The notes beneath the pieces are model-generated. The model saw only the letters and a list, made by a program, of their open reading frames with translations. It was not told the origin of the DNA and searched no databases. Below, piece after piece: positions 1-11,067 of a DNA stretch of 64,000 nt. Position 1 is the stretch's first letter; every line of letters starts with the position of its first letter. Position numbers and translations under genes: made by a program. Source of the DNA: Octopus sinensis (lineage: Eukaryota); assembly GCF_006345805.1 (NCBI RefSeq), contig NC_043011.1, forward strand, positions 55,750,464 to 55,814,463, given 5' to 3'.

Positions 1-37
1 CAGCTTTCCCTGTGATGATTTCTATCCTTATTAACTG

Positions 38-456
38 TGTCAGTATCATGATATGATCGTTACCAGCGTCGCCTTACTGGCACTTGTGCTAGTAGGGTGC
101 CAAGAGCACCATCCGAGCGTGATCGTTGCCAGAGCAGCCAACTGGCTTCCGTACCTGTGGCACATAAAAGGGCACCATTCGAGTGTGATCGTTACCAACA
201 TCGCTTCACTGGCACATGTAAAAAGATTCAAACGAGGTCGTTGCCAGTATCACCCGACTGGCCCCTGTGCTGGTGGCATGTAAAAAGCACCCACTACACT
301 CTCGGAGTGGTTGGCGTTAGTAAGGGCATCCAGCTGTAGAAACTCTGCCAGATCAAGACTGGAGCCTGGTGCAGCCATCTGGTTCGCCAGCCCTCAGTCA
401 AAATCGTCCAACCCATGCTAGCATGGAAAACGGACGTTAAACGATGATGATGATGA
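38..456 (+). mobile_element. RTE LINE 3'UTR or RTE-tailed repeat with internal tandem units
   Basis: aaaaagcacccactacactctcggagtggttggcgtt...ccaacccatgctagcatggaaaacggacgttaaac+(GAT)n, recurring at least 15 times in the window. Confidence 0.85.
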
Positions 457-473
457 GAGCTCTTATGTGAAGG

Positions 474-790
474 TGGGTGGCTCAGTGGTTCGGGTATTTG
501 ACTCAAGACTGCAAGGTCATGTGTTCAATTCCTGGCAATGCATTGTGTCCTTGAGCAAGACACTTTACTTCATGTTGCTCTAGTTCACTCAGCTGGCAAA
601 AAAAAAAAGAGTTGTACTTGTATTTCAAAGGACCAGCCTTGCCACATTCTGTGTTGCATTTCCCAGTGAACTATGTTAAGGGTACACATGTCTGTGGAAG
701 GCTTGGCCACTGGCATGCGGATTTCATGAGCAGGCTGTGTTCCAGTGATCGATCATGTGGAACCCACATCGTCATCAGAAGTAACAGAGT
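474..790 (+). mobile_element. tRNA-headed SINE (family D), degenerate
   Basis: A box tggctcagtgg, B-box-like gttcaattcc, core tgtgtccttgagcaagacactt shared with the 37045-37380 copy. Confidence 0.7.
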
Positions 791-2324
791 GATGCTTTTA
801 CGGTCCTTAATGTGAAGTTGCAACAGATGATGTTTACAGAGTCTCAATAGCTTGACAGACATCATAGTTGTTTCAGAAAATGATAGAAATCAGAGTACAC
901 TGGTTAAGACTGAAGATGTTCCTTTATTCTTTTAAACAAGCAACTTTGAAGATATAAAAATTGAGATTATGATAATTAAACCTCAAACGATCTTCACACC
1001 AACTTCTTCCCTTATCTTTCTCTCTCATTTTACCTTAAATTCTATAAACGGTACCCACCGCCATTAACATAATGTTTGTGCTTCTGGTTCATGATTGAGA
1101 AAACTTTTGGCTGACACTAATTTCTCTTACCTATTGTTATGTCTATGTAGTTCAAAATCAATTAAGATATTCACCTGGTGGCAGAGCTTTATTCATGGTG
1201 AGTTTGACACAGGATAAATTAGTATCAATACATGTTGCCTATATCTGTGTTATTTTATCAGGGATCAGGGCCCTGACTTCTGACAGCAGAGTTCCATAGA
1301 AGGAATCAAGCTCATAAATGCCAGTTAATTAAAAGAAATTCACTAATTATAAAGTGCAACTATTCCTGATGGGGAACTGCTTCTCAAATGAAATAGAACT
1401 GTCTTGGACATAATCATGATACAAAACTAATGTCAGGATATATTAAGTGTATGGCCAGTGGTCTTCGGACATTTTACAAATTCTACATCTCTACTCTTTT
1501 GTTCTATGTACATGAAGAGAAATGTCAATATTAAGAAAAAAAAACCTAAATTCAGTTATTATTGCTTTTTCATTTAGACTTATTAATTTTTAGACAATTA
1601 TTAATATTTTACAATGTTCCCAATGAAAGCTAAAACAAAAATTGTCACATGATAAAGGAAACGTAGAAGAAATGGTTTTGGGTGAAAAGAATCGGATGTC
1701 ATTAATATCATTCTTGAAAACATTAGAGGAAGCTTTGCATTCCAGTTATTTAATTAGTTTAACTTCAACATGTCAACTTTTAGTAAACTTGAAAATAGAT
1801 TTGTGTTTCCATGCAAAGACACACTTTAATCAGCCCTTATGCCGCATGCCGTGAATGTCTTCTCTAAATAAAGACCATTACAAACGCAAACAAAATCTAA
1901 GAAAATTATTCCAGCCCTGCACCTGTTGAAAATATATTCAATGACTCCATTTGACTAACAATGGAATTACTGGCTTTAGATTATTGGTTTTATGTGCCTT
2001 AACTGGTAGTTATAGTTAAAAATTATTTCATCAGATTTGATTCCATGATTTTAAAATTGAATGTCTTTCTCAAAATAATATCTTGAGATCAATTCACAAT
2101 GTGTAAGATTTTATAATGCCATAATTTTAATTGGTAACAAGTGGAATTCCAATATTGGAAAGGAACGTTCATTCCTTTGTTGATATTTTCAGGGAAACAG
2201 AAAACATTTGGTCCGATCAGGAATGCAGTTGATAAGGAGTGACTTTCTATCAACTTCGTTTTTTATTATTATTATGAAATATTTGGCATAAAATATTTGT
2301 GTAACTGCTTCGTAAGATTAATCA

Positions 2325-2391
2325 TTAAAGATAATCATCCACTGTATGGAGGGATTGAACCTGTTTCTGTTGCTTTACTCTCTTAAAAGAT
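2325..2391 (-). CDS. PRUNE2: Possible terminal coding exon: (L)SFKRVKQQKQVQSLHTVDDYL*
   Basis: Strong acceptor TTTATTTACCTTCCAG, phase-2 compatible, open to TAA at 2325-2327. No family motif, so the true last exon may be elsewhere. Confidence 0.4.
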
Positions 2392-2749
2392 CTGGAAGGT
2401 AAATAAATCACAGGATACAACAGTTTTTAGATAAACTTTCATTGTTTCAGTGTCTTCAACGGAGACAAAAAATTTCCTTTTAGTAAAGTTGATTTAGTGA
2501 ACAGAATTGTGTCTGACCAGTTAACTGACCCTTAGTATATTACTGGTACTTATTCCCTCAAAAGTAAAAAAGGGAAAACCACAATCCCGGCATATTTATT
2601 ATTTATTGTGTAAAATCATAAGAAATGCTAGACTCTCAGCCGTTTTATTACAAAATGTAATAAATGACCCAAAGTAGGAACATTAATAATTTTGAAAGAA
2701 GAATTCTACAGACAAAAGAAAGAAGGGCAAAATAAAAGCGAATGCTTAC

Positions 2750-2848
2750 AATTTCACTTGATCAGGCACATAAATATGTTCCATTGGAACCATTTTAGAT
2801 AATTCTTCCAGAGTTTTCACATAATGGAGTTTTGAGTAGAATTTTGAA
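2750..2848 (-). CDS. PRUNE2: BCH domain exon (phase 2-2): SSKFYSKLHYVKTLEELSKMVPMEHIYVPDQVK
   Basis: Acceptor TTTTTTATTTCCAG, donor GTAAGC, 99 bp; SxKFxSK..YV..L.EL...PM..I.xP motif. Confidence 0.95.
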
Positions 2849-3431
2849 CTGGAAATAAAAAACAGAAATTCAGAAACACAGAAAAGGATACAAAAATAAA
2901 ATCTGAAGAGATTGTTGGTAAATCTTAAATGTTCATTAAAAAAAAAAACTGAAAAAAGGCAAAAAAGATTAAGATTACTTTAGAAGAATTTGAATTAATA
3001 TTCTAAATGTGTGGTTGCTCAGATTTACTTCTGAATCTGGTGTCGGCATTGTTCCCCCACTTCTCTTATATCAATTTACCCAATTGGGAAGAGAAATATT
3101 TTGTTAAGAAAGGAATGTTTAAGATCAGCTTCCCAGACACTATGTCAGTGGGAACCAAAGACCCAAAATCAAAGTAACAGAAGGCTTAAGATGTCCATCA
3201 TTTAACAATGTTAGTTTTAGCTTGATTAAATATTGAATGTCTGCCTACAGACACAATATATTAGATAAAAATAATTCAGAGATGCCATCAGCATAAAAGC
3301 AATAATAGGTCAGTAAATGTCAGTATATTTGATGCTTGGAGCATTGAGAATCTAGTCTAGAAATAAACAAAGTGAAAGAAGCTAAAAAAAGAAAAAAATA
3401 CACAAGTATGGGAGACAACTCTGAACGTATT

Positions 3432-3829
3432 TAAATAATAATGAAATTGTATATCGTGCTCGGGTTCACCACAACTCATCAAAGGTGGAATGTACGGTAC
3501 TTAGAATTATGTACGAAAGTCAGCAGTGTATGAGTTATGATATACATGTGTATGGAGGTGGGGATATCAGGTGTAGTGTTGGCGAATTTCAGGAAGCATG
3601 GAGGTTTTAAAGGATGCAATGTCTCAGCAACTAACAAATGATGCAGGTAGTTTGTTCCATGCTTCAGCAACTCTGAGTATGAAAAAATGTTTCCAAAAGT
3701 CATGAGAGCTGTGCTGTTTTCTGACTTTGTAGGCCTGCCCACATGTGTTAGACACATGGAGCTCGAAAAGGTACTCAAGATGGTTGTTGGCACGATGGTT
3801 AATAATTTTGTGGGTGTTTACCAAGTCAG
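3432..3829 (-). mobile_element. CR1-clade LINE 3' fragment
   Basis: Translates ...KVRKQHSSHDFWKHFFILRVAEAWNKLP, the CR1 ORF2 C-terminus; shared 3' end and (TAA)n tail. Confidence 0.85.
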
Positions 3830-4567
3830 AGAAATACAACCCCTGTTTCCTCTCACAAGCTAAAGGAAGGGATAAAAGGCTAAATTTCACAAGTAATTTG
3901 GTGATTGTCTTGACTGGTGTTCGAATTCTAAACACTGGGTTTGCTTAGTTTTGTTACCAACATGTTCAATATTAATGCCATCTCTTTGAAATAGTATTAA
4001 ACAAAAAAAAAAGAAGCAGATTACATTTAACCAATAACACTTTGAGACTGTAGGAAAAAATTTACTTCCACTAACATGTTTAGTTGAATCAGTTCTGAAA
4101 AAATATTTAACATAATCAGTGAAAATATTGTAATTCATATAAATTATATTTGTGGTGAGGCGGGAACCTCCACCCCACCCCATTAGCTTAAAACACTTTA
4201 GCATTTACATTAGTCTGTCAAAAGTAATGCTCATTTATTGATATTATTTTGATGAGGGAGCTGTTAATTTTTAGAATGATATTGTAGGGTAGGTGTGAGA
4301 GGCCAGTTTGAACATAAAACAAAATATTTGGTCAGTGTAAATGCTAAAGGATTAATTCTGGTAAAGAAAAACAAGGGAGACAACTACGAAATTAAAACCT
4401 GAATGATAGTCATAATCCTACAAGCAGTGTCCTTCATTTCCAATTTCCCATTGGGAAATATTGCCTTGCCTAGAATCAGGTGAGGGTTGGCAACAAGATG
4501 GGCAACTGGCTGTAAAAAATATGCCTTGAAAAATTCCATCCAACTCATGCAAGCATGGAAAAGAAGT

Positions 4568-4632
4568 TCAGCTGCCAGGTGTCGGAGTTTCAATGTGTCC
4601 ATGCCCAGGGAAGTAAGGTGTTCAGAACATGA
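4568..4632 (-). mobile_element. CR1 fragment (LTSLGMDTLKLRHLAA)
   Basis: Matches 7990-8050 of the longer CR1 copy. Confidence 0.75.
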
Positions 4633-4786
4633 TGTTTTCTATTTCATAAAATCAAACAGATTATCAAGATGGTGAAGATATGAGAGAGAAATAATCAAGC
4701 TATTTAAGAGGGCATAACTCATTCATCCACCATTTAAAGAAATGGGTATTTGTGGACATTTCATTATTTTAAAAAATAATACAAAC

Positions 4787-4873
4787 CTTATAAATGGTCG
4801 AGTCATCATAACAATCGTCTTTAACCATAAAGTAGGATGGACCAAGAGCAAAGCTTTCAAATTTTTCTTTAAT
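4787..4873 (-). CDS. PRUNE2: BCH domain exon (phase 2-2): RLKKNLKALLLVHPTLWLKTIVMMTRPFI
   Basis: Acceptor TTTCATTCTAG, donor GTTTGT, 87 bp; RLxKNLK...VHPxxW...TRPFI motif. Confidence 0.96.
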
Positions 4874-6477
4874 CTAGAATGAAATAATAAAACTCCCATG
4901 AGCATTTGCAGAGGTTTGCCTTTTCAGGAAACATTGTTTTATGTGCAAGAATTACATGGTACACAAAACACAACAACTTTTGAATTTATCAAAATACTGG
5001 ATTATTTGTGAACTTATATGATACACATGTTAAACTGAAAGAAAAAATCTCAAATATGATGAATCAGAAGACATTCCCCAAAGAGGTGGGCCATACATTT
5101 AAGGTGAAATAACTGAATAAGATAAACACATACTTGAAGCAAATGATAATTGTAAGACAGACTGAAGTGGATTAGAGACGAGGGGGGGGATTATCATTGA
5201 TGACGTAATGAATGGTGACAAAAGGACATTGACAAACCTAACTGATTGAACAATCAATTAGTTAATTGGTCAAATGGTCAACAAATTGAAGCAACAAGAG
5301 CAGAATGGAGATAGAATCAGTGGTTGTGTTTATTATTGTCATCAGGAACTTCCCAAACAAAAGTTGCTTCAACATTAAATTTCACATCCGGAATCTTGCA
5401 AACCAAATACAAAAAACAAACAAACAAATATTCCTTATAAGTGATTTAAATGAGAAAGGAAAAAAAAGATAAATACAGAACCATTTTATGTCTGAATATT
5501 TTCCTAATGTATCTTAAATATAATTTTATATATGTTAATTCAAATCCATAAAATATTTGAAACTTCAGATATTCTGTATCCTATGACATGTCCTCTCATT
5601 ACATTTCTAATTAATTCCAGAGTCACTTATTCTCACCTCATCTCAAGTATCTTTCCAAATTAAAAGGTGGTATTTATCTAGTAGTTCCACATGTAATTAT
5701 CAAGCTGATTAATGTTGCCACTTCACTTTAGTCTTTTCAATCTGTCGACATATTCCATTCTGTCTTTGCCATAAGATAAATCATCAAATATCAGAAAATA
5801 TCATCAAATCATTTTTTCCAGGGATTCACATCAACTTTCCCAAACATTCTACGTTTTCAACTTTAGTCATCAAAAACACTGATTCTTGTAAAAATGTTTT
5901 TTGTATGAGAATTGCATTTACATACAAACATGCCAAACACTAACCATACACATTGAAGCACCGGCTTACATCAACACGATCATTATTACACGTAAAGAAA
6001 ACAGAAAAGGTTCTCACGTCTGATGTATTAGATGACATTTCCAAACAACATTCATGATAACAAAATCTTAAAAAGTAGAAAAGAGTGGTTGTAATATATT
6101 ATATTACAAGAAATTTAATCCAAACATCAGGGTCAAACCAATTTTTGTACATTGACTCACATCAGCATTTGGATCAACTCCAGGAAATTAGGGACACCAA
6201 AACCAGAGGAAGGAGAGGCAGCCTCAATGCCAACAGGAATTGGTTTCAGAAAGTAGAATGAAACTAAATAATATAAAGCCTCTAGTTCAGTGCTCCACTG
6301 ACTCCATCAATTCATCTCATCTTATTTTACACGCATAAAACAACAACCAAAGTAAATCTCATTCAACAGCAAAACCACTCAAATAGATTCATTTTGTTTA
6401 GATTTCATTTTAGGGTCTACTGAACACACACACACACTTGAGAAATGAACGTGACCGATTTTATAAAATCTGATTAC

Positions 6478-6609
6478 CTATGATCAATCATTTGGTAGCA
6501 TCGCTTCAGCCAGCTGAAGCCAGGCATCTGTCGGCGAGGTGTGGCACCATGAAAGAACACGATCATATAATCCTCAGCCACGAGTTGCTCCAAAGTACTT
6601 GTTACGTAT
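6478..6609 (-). CDS. PRUNE2: BCH domain exon (phase 2-2): [44 protein letters not shown]
   Basis: Acceptor TTTAACGACAG, donor GTAATC, 132 bp; near-identical to the family core. Confidence 0.97.
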
Positions 6610-7105
6610 CTGTCGTTAAATCAGATTAAAATATTTAGGAACATTAAGTGTATAAAACAATCAACAAATAGCTAAACACTGAGAGACATTCTTCAAGATC
6701 TGCAACATTCATAAATGGCCTTTGGTGCCATTTATTAAAAATTCTGTTTCTATCAAAGTTCTGAAATGTCTAATATTTAAATAACTGAGAGTACAAGAAA
6801 TGAATACTTTAATACGATGTCGTTTAATTCAAATTGAACTTAATTATTTTAATTTTCTTGCAATGTGACATACTTTACTAATTTATCATTTACATGACAT
6901 CAGTGAAAATAGATATTAAAACTTGTCTTTTATGGTTCCTGTCTATTAATGGCATTTGTAGAAATCAAAGGAAGGTAGTAATTATAAAAAATTAGTTTTA
7001 AATTTAATTAATATACAACTTCAACATTTTGTTAACAGTATTTCAGTCATGATAGCAAAGAGAATAGATTTAAATCTCAACGGCATTAACGAGCTAATGT
7101 ATATA

Positions 7106-7339
7106 TATTTCTTTACTACCCACAAGGGGCTAAACACAGAGGGGACAAACAAGGACAGACAAACAGATTAAGTCGATTACATCGACCCCAGTGCATAACT
7201 GGTACTTAATTTATCGACCCCGAAAGGATGAAAGGCAACGTTGACCTCAGCGGAATTTGAACTCAGAACGTAACGGCAGACAAAATGCGGCTACACATTT
7301 CGCCCAACGTGCTAACGTTTCTGCCAGCTCGCCGCCTTC
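7106..7339 (-). mobile_element. tRNA-headed SINE (family C), young copy with 19-bp TSD
   Basis: taacgagctaatgtatata duplicated at 7087-7105 and 7340-7358; body matches other family C copies. Confidence 0.92.
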
Positions 7340-7401
7340 TAACGAGCTAATGTATATAGCTCATTACTTTCAACAACAACACAATGTCTGCTTGAACTCA
7401 C

Positions 7402-7504
7402 AAGAAAAGATTATCCATAACATAGTTGTAATCTTTTCGTCCTCGATCCGGAAGGAAACAACCAGAGAACACAATGATTGCATTGAGATCTTCACCCATA
7501 TAAC
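7402..7504 (-). CDS. PRUNE2: BCH domain exon (phase 1-2): [34 protein letters not shown]
   Basis: Acceptor TTTCCCATTTCAG, donor GTGAGT, 103 bp; matches the family pattern GYYGDGLNAIIVFAACFLP...YVMENLF. Confidence 0.97.
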
Positions 7505-7591
7505 CTGAAATGGGAAACAAAAGTTAGACATGAAAATAAATGCAACAAGGTACATCAATACTCTATATTTAATTGGTAGATTTTGAATTAA

Positions 7592-8265
7592 AAATAATAA
7601 TAATAATGAAATTATTGTATACAGTGCTCAGGTGCACCACAACTTGTCAAAAGTGCATATAAAGCATATGCAGTAATGTACAAATGTCTGGAAAGCGAAC
7701 AGTGTATGAGTCAGATACATGCTTGTGTGTGTATGGAGGGGAGAAAATCAGGTGTAGTGTTGGCGAATCTCAGGAAGCATGGAAGTTTTGAAGGATGCAG
7801 TGCTCCAACAACTAACAACCGATGCCGGCAGTTTGTTCCACGCTTCAGCAACTCTCAGTGTGAAGTCATGGGAGTTGTGCTGTTTTCTGACTTTGTAAAT
7901 ATGTCCACGGGTGTTAAACAGATGGAGTTTGAAAAGGTGCTCAGAGTTATTGTTTGTAAGATGGTTAGTAATCTTACGGGTGTCTGCCAAGTCAGCTGCC
8001 AGACGTCGGAGTTTCAATGTGTCCATGCCCAGGGAAGTAAGGCGTTCAGAATATGGCAAATGCCTGATGGAGGGTATTCTCTTGGTTGCACGTCGCTGAA
8101 CGGCTTCCAGAGGATTAATATCCTGGGCAAGATAGGGGTTCCAGACTGTGGTGATGCAAATTCCAGATGAGGTCGTACCATAGCTATATAAAGCCACAGA
8201 TAGATAGCTGGAGAGCGGCTCACAAACAATATGTAGAGAACAAATTAAACTCAAATATAAATGAA
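7592..8265 (-). mobile_element. CR1-clade LINE 3' fragment with RT C-terminus, frameshifted
   Basis: LYIAMVRPHLEFAS / VWNPYLAQDINPLEAVQRRATK / TRGHIYK / RVAEAWNKLP; (TAA)n tail. Confidence 0.92.
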
Positions 8266-9084
8266 ATGGGAAACTAGCATGCAATAATCCATGCCCACCA
8301 CCTTTCAAAAGGAGACAATAGACAGCCTGGTCATGTGACTGTTGTTATTCATCCCAGATGACTTCTGAACAAGCAAAACTATATTTCTCTGACAGTAGGA
8401 TATGATTTGAGTAAAATTTTGTTACTATCCCTTGAAGTCTAGCAACAATTTAAAGGCTTCCTCTGTGTTCTACAAACTACTGGAGGGACCACAACAATCA
8501 TTTTTGAACTGAAGATTCTGGTAAAATATCTTGGAATCCTTGGAGCTACAACTTAAAAAACATCACACAAGCTGAAAGCAATCATATTTAACAGAACCTG
8601 GTAAATTACAACCAAAGGTAGACACTCTTCAACCAAATTTAAATAACTTAGAGCAGGACTGGCTTTTAACACATTCAAACCTTTCGTTGCTCTATTCCCC
8701 CCTTGCTAATGTGTTTGTTTCAATGAATATTGAAAAGAAACTCTTAAAAAATGATGATGGAAGGTTTTCATTTAAATAGGCTGGTTTTTGCATGAGAGAA
8801 GCAGAGGCAAGTGTCAAGCAACCTGGTAGCAAAAGGGTTAATATTTATTACAGGAAAATCTAAAAAAGAACTCAGCAAAATACAAAACCAGTAATGTGTA
8901 AAAAGGGGTGATGGAATGACAGAAACCTGAACTGATAAAAAATGCATCAAGTAGTTTATTACTCCAATGAAGGCCACAGAAATTCAACCATAATCAATAC
9001 AAATACAATGGAGTTCAACAAAGGGAAAAGTAAAACTATTTTCAGTTGTTATGGAGAACACCTGAAATTGTGTACAGAACTTAC

Positions 9085-9087
9085 CTT
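9085..9087 (-). CDS. PRUNE2: Candidate 3-nt microexon (AAG) adding Glu: SHG-E-GY
   Basis: Minus strand reads TATTGTTTCCTTATTGATTACAG|AAG|GTAAGT; frame-preserving. No transcript evidence. Confidence 0.45.
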
Positions 9088-9126
9088 CTGTAATCAATAA
9101 GGAAACAATAGCTAGAATTTACACAC

Positions 9127-9375
9127 ATTATCATCATCATCGTTTAACGTCCACTTTCCATGCTAGCATGGGTTGGACGGTTCGACCGGGATCTGGGAAG
9201 CCAGGAGGCTGCACCAGGCTCCAGTCTGATCTGGCAGTGTTTCTACAGCTGGATGCCCTTCCTAATGTCAACCTCTCCGTGAGTGTAGTGGGTGCTTTTT
9301 ATGTGCCAGGGGAGGCTGGCAGCGGCCACAATCGGTTGGTGCTTTTTACGTGCCATCGGCACAGAAGCCAGTCAA
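9127..9375 (-). mobile_element. RTE 3'UTR repeat
   Basis: Reverse complement of the family consensus, (CAT)n at the left end. Confidence 0.85.
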
Positions 9376-9384
9376 GAGATGAAG

Positions 9385-10232
9385 CTTGTATGCTCTGCCT
9401 GATGTGTAATGTCAGAGTGCATACACGACAGAGTGTAAGAGCCCCGAGAGAAAAGTTGGACATAAGAGGCATCAGATGTGTTGTGCAAGACAGACCACTA
9501 TGCTAGTATGGTCATGTGTTGCATATGAATGAGGACAGCTGTGTGAAAAAGTGTCACACCCTAACAGTGGCGGGAACCTGTGGAAGAAGTAGAGCCAGGA
9601 AAACCTGGGATGAGGTAGTGAAGCACAACCTTCAAACATTGGGCCTCACAGAGGCAATGACAAGTGCCCAAGACCTTTGGAGATATGCTGTACTTGAGAA
9701 GACCCAGCAAGCCAAGTGAAATCACAGCAGTGACTGATGCCAGTATTGCATAACCAGCCCATTTAAAGGTACCCTTCAATCATCGGGCTATATGCTGTGC
9801 TTGAGAAGACCTGTTGAGGCAAGTGAAATCATTGTCATGACTGATAGCAGTGACACTTGACTGGCTCCCATGCTGGTGGCATGTAAAAAGCACTAATTTG
9901 AGTGTGGTCAATACCAGCGCCATCATACTGGCTCCTGTGCTGGTGACATGTAAAATGCACCATACGAACATGGTTGATACCAGTGCTGCCTGACTGGTCC
10001 CATGCTGGTGGCATGTAAAAAGCACCATTCGAATGTAGTCAATGCCAGTACCGCCTGACTGGTCCTGTGCTGGTGAAATGTAAGGAGCACCCACTACACT
10101 CACAAAGTGGTTGGTGTTAGGAAGGGCATGCAGCTGTTGAAACCTTGCCAGATCAGACTGGAACCTGGTACAGTCCTGTTAAACCATCCAACCCATGCCA
10201 GCATGGAAAGCGGACGTTAAATGATGATGATG
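9385..10232 (+). mobile_element. 5'-truncated RTE LINE: ORF2 C-terminus plus 3'UTR with ~66-bp tandem units
   Basis: EKLDIRGIRCVVQ...GRSRARKTWDEVVKHNL...DLWRYAV is an RTE C-terminal signature; (GAT)n tail. Confidence 0.9.
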
Positions 10233-10769
10233 AATTTTGTTTTAGCATGTCACAACTTAAATTTCAATAATTTTATTTGCTTCTAAAATGAGTTTTAATT
10301 CAAAATATGTATTTTAGAAAATAATTCCTGTTTTTTTTTTGTATTTTTTTTGTAGTGGGGATCATCCTGTAACATATCAAGAAAGAGGTACAGAACCACA
10401 TTCCCAAATTTATCCCAGACCAGTTTGAAGTATTCTTTTCGTTACATAAAACCAGCACATGCTACTTCCAACCTTCTTGTCCTGGTAGTTTCATATATTT
10501 TACAGTATTAAAACTACATGAAAAGCGCCTCATTTTTATTTTTGGACTAATTCTAGAAAACCGTTGATTCTCTTAGACAATCAAGAACCAAGAATTCAGC
10601 AGCTCATATCCTGTTAGTAGCCATCTTCCATGTCTGAAAGCAATAGAAGGAGTTTCTGTATGGACCAGTCACCTTCATTTCATGGCATTTACTCTGGAGA
10701 TAAGAATCCATCTTCATGTAGCAGTATTACAGAAAGAGTAAGTGCATTTTTTGCTTTTTTAATAATAAT

Positions 10770-10815
10770 AATAATAATGAAATTATTGTATACAGTGTTT
10801 AGGTGCACCACAACG
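10770..10815 (-). mobile_element. CR1 3'-end stub
   Basis: (AAT)n gaaattattgtatacagtgtttaggtgcaccacaac, as at 7592. Confidence 0.75.
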
Positions 10816-10825
10816 AAAATTTAAC

Positions 10826-11067
10826 AGTTCTAGTAATTATTTACATTTGACGGATATTTGTCCTCATCTTGTTAACACAACATTTCGGCTGATATACCCT
10901 CCAGCCTTCATCAGGTGTCTTGGGGGAAATTTCGAACCTGGGTTCTCATTCCTAAGGTATTTTTCGGTGTTATTATTATTATTCAGGTCACTGACTGGAA
11001 TCGAACTCGGAATCTTGGGGTTAGTAGCCCCATGATCTTAATGACTATGCCATATGCCCGTGGGCAT
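10826..11067 (-). mobile_element. tRNA-headed SINE-like element containing a hammerhead motif
   Basis: Minus strand: A-box-like TGGCATAGTCATTAAG, anticodon-like arm GGGCTACTAACCC, B box GAGTTCGATTCC, (AAT)n linker, then a hammerhead core near the 3' end. Confidence 0.75.
10874..10919 (-). ncRNA. Minimal type I hammerhead ribozyme motif (Penelope-like architecture)
   Basis: GACAC-CUGAUGA-A-GGCUG(10-nt loop)CAGCC-GAAA-UGUU-GUGUU. Helix II has 5 perfect bp and helix I is GACAC/GUGUU. Helix III reads AUGU where the typical palindrome is ACGU. Confidence 0.75.

Noticed and set aside
1826-1922. Alternative terminal exon (TTTTCAACAG acceptor; LCRAGIIFLDF...RAD*)
   Set aside because: No family resemblance, and it cannot be ranked against 2325-2391 without transcripts; not reported as a feature.
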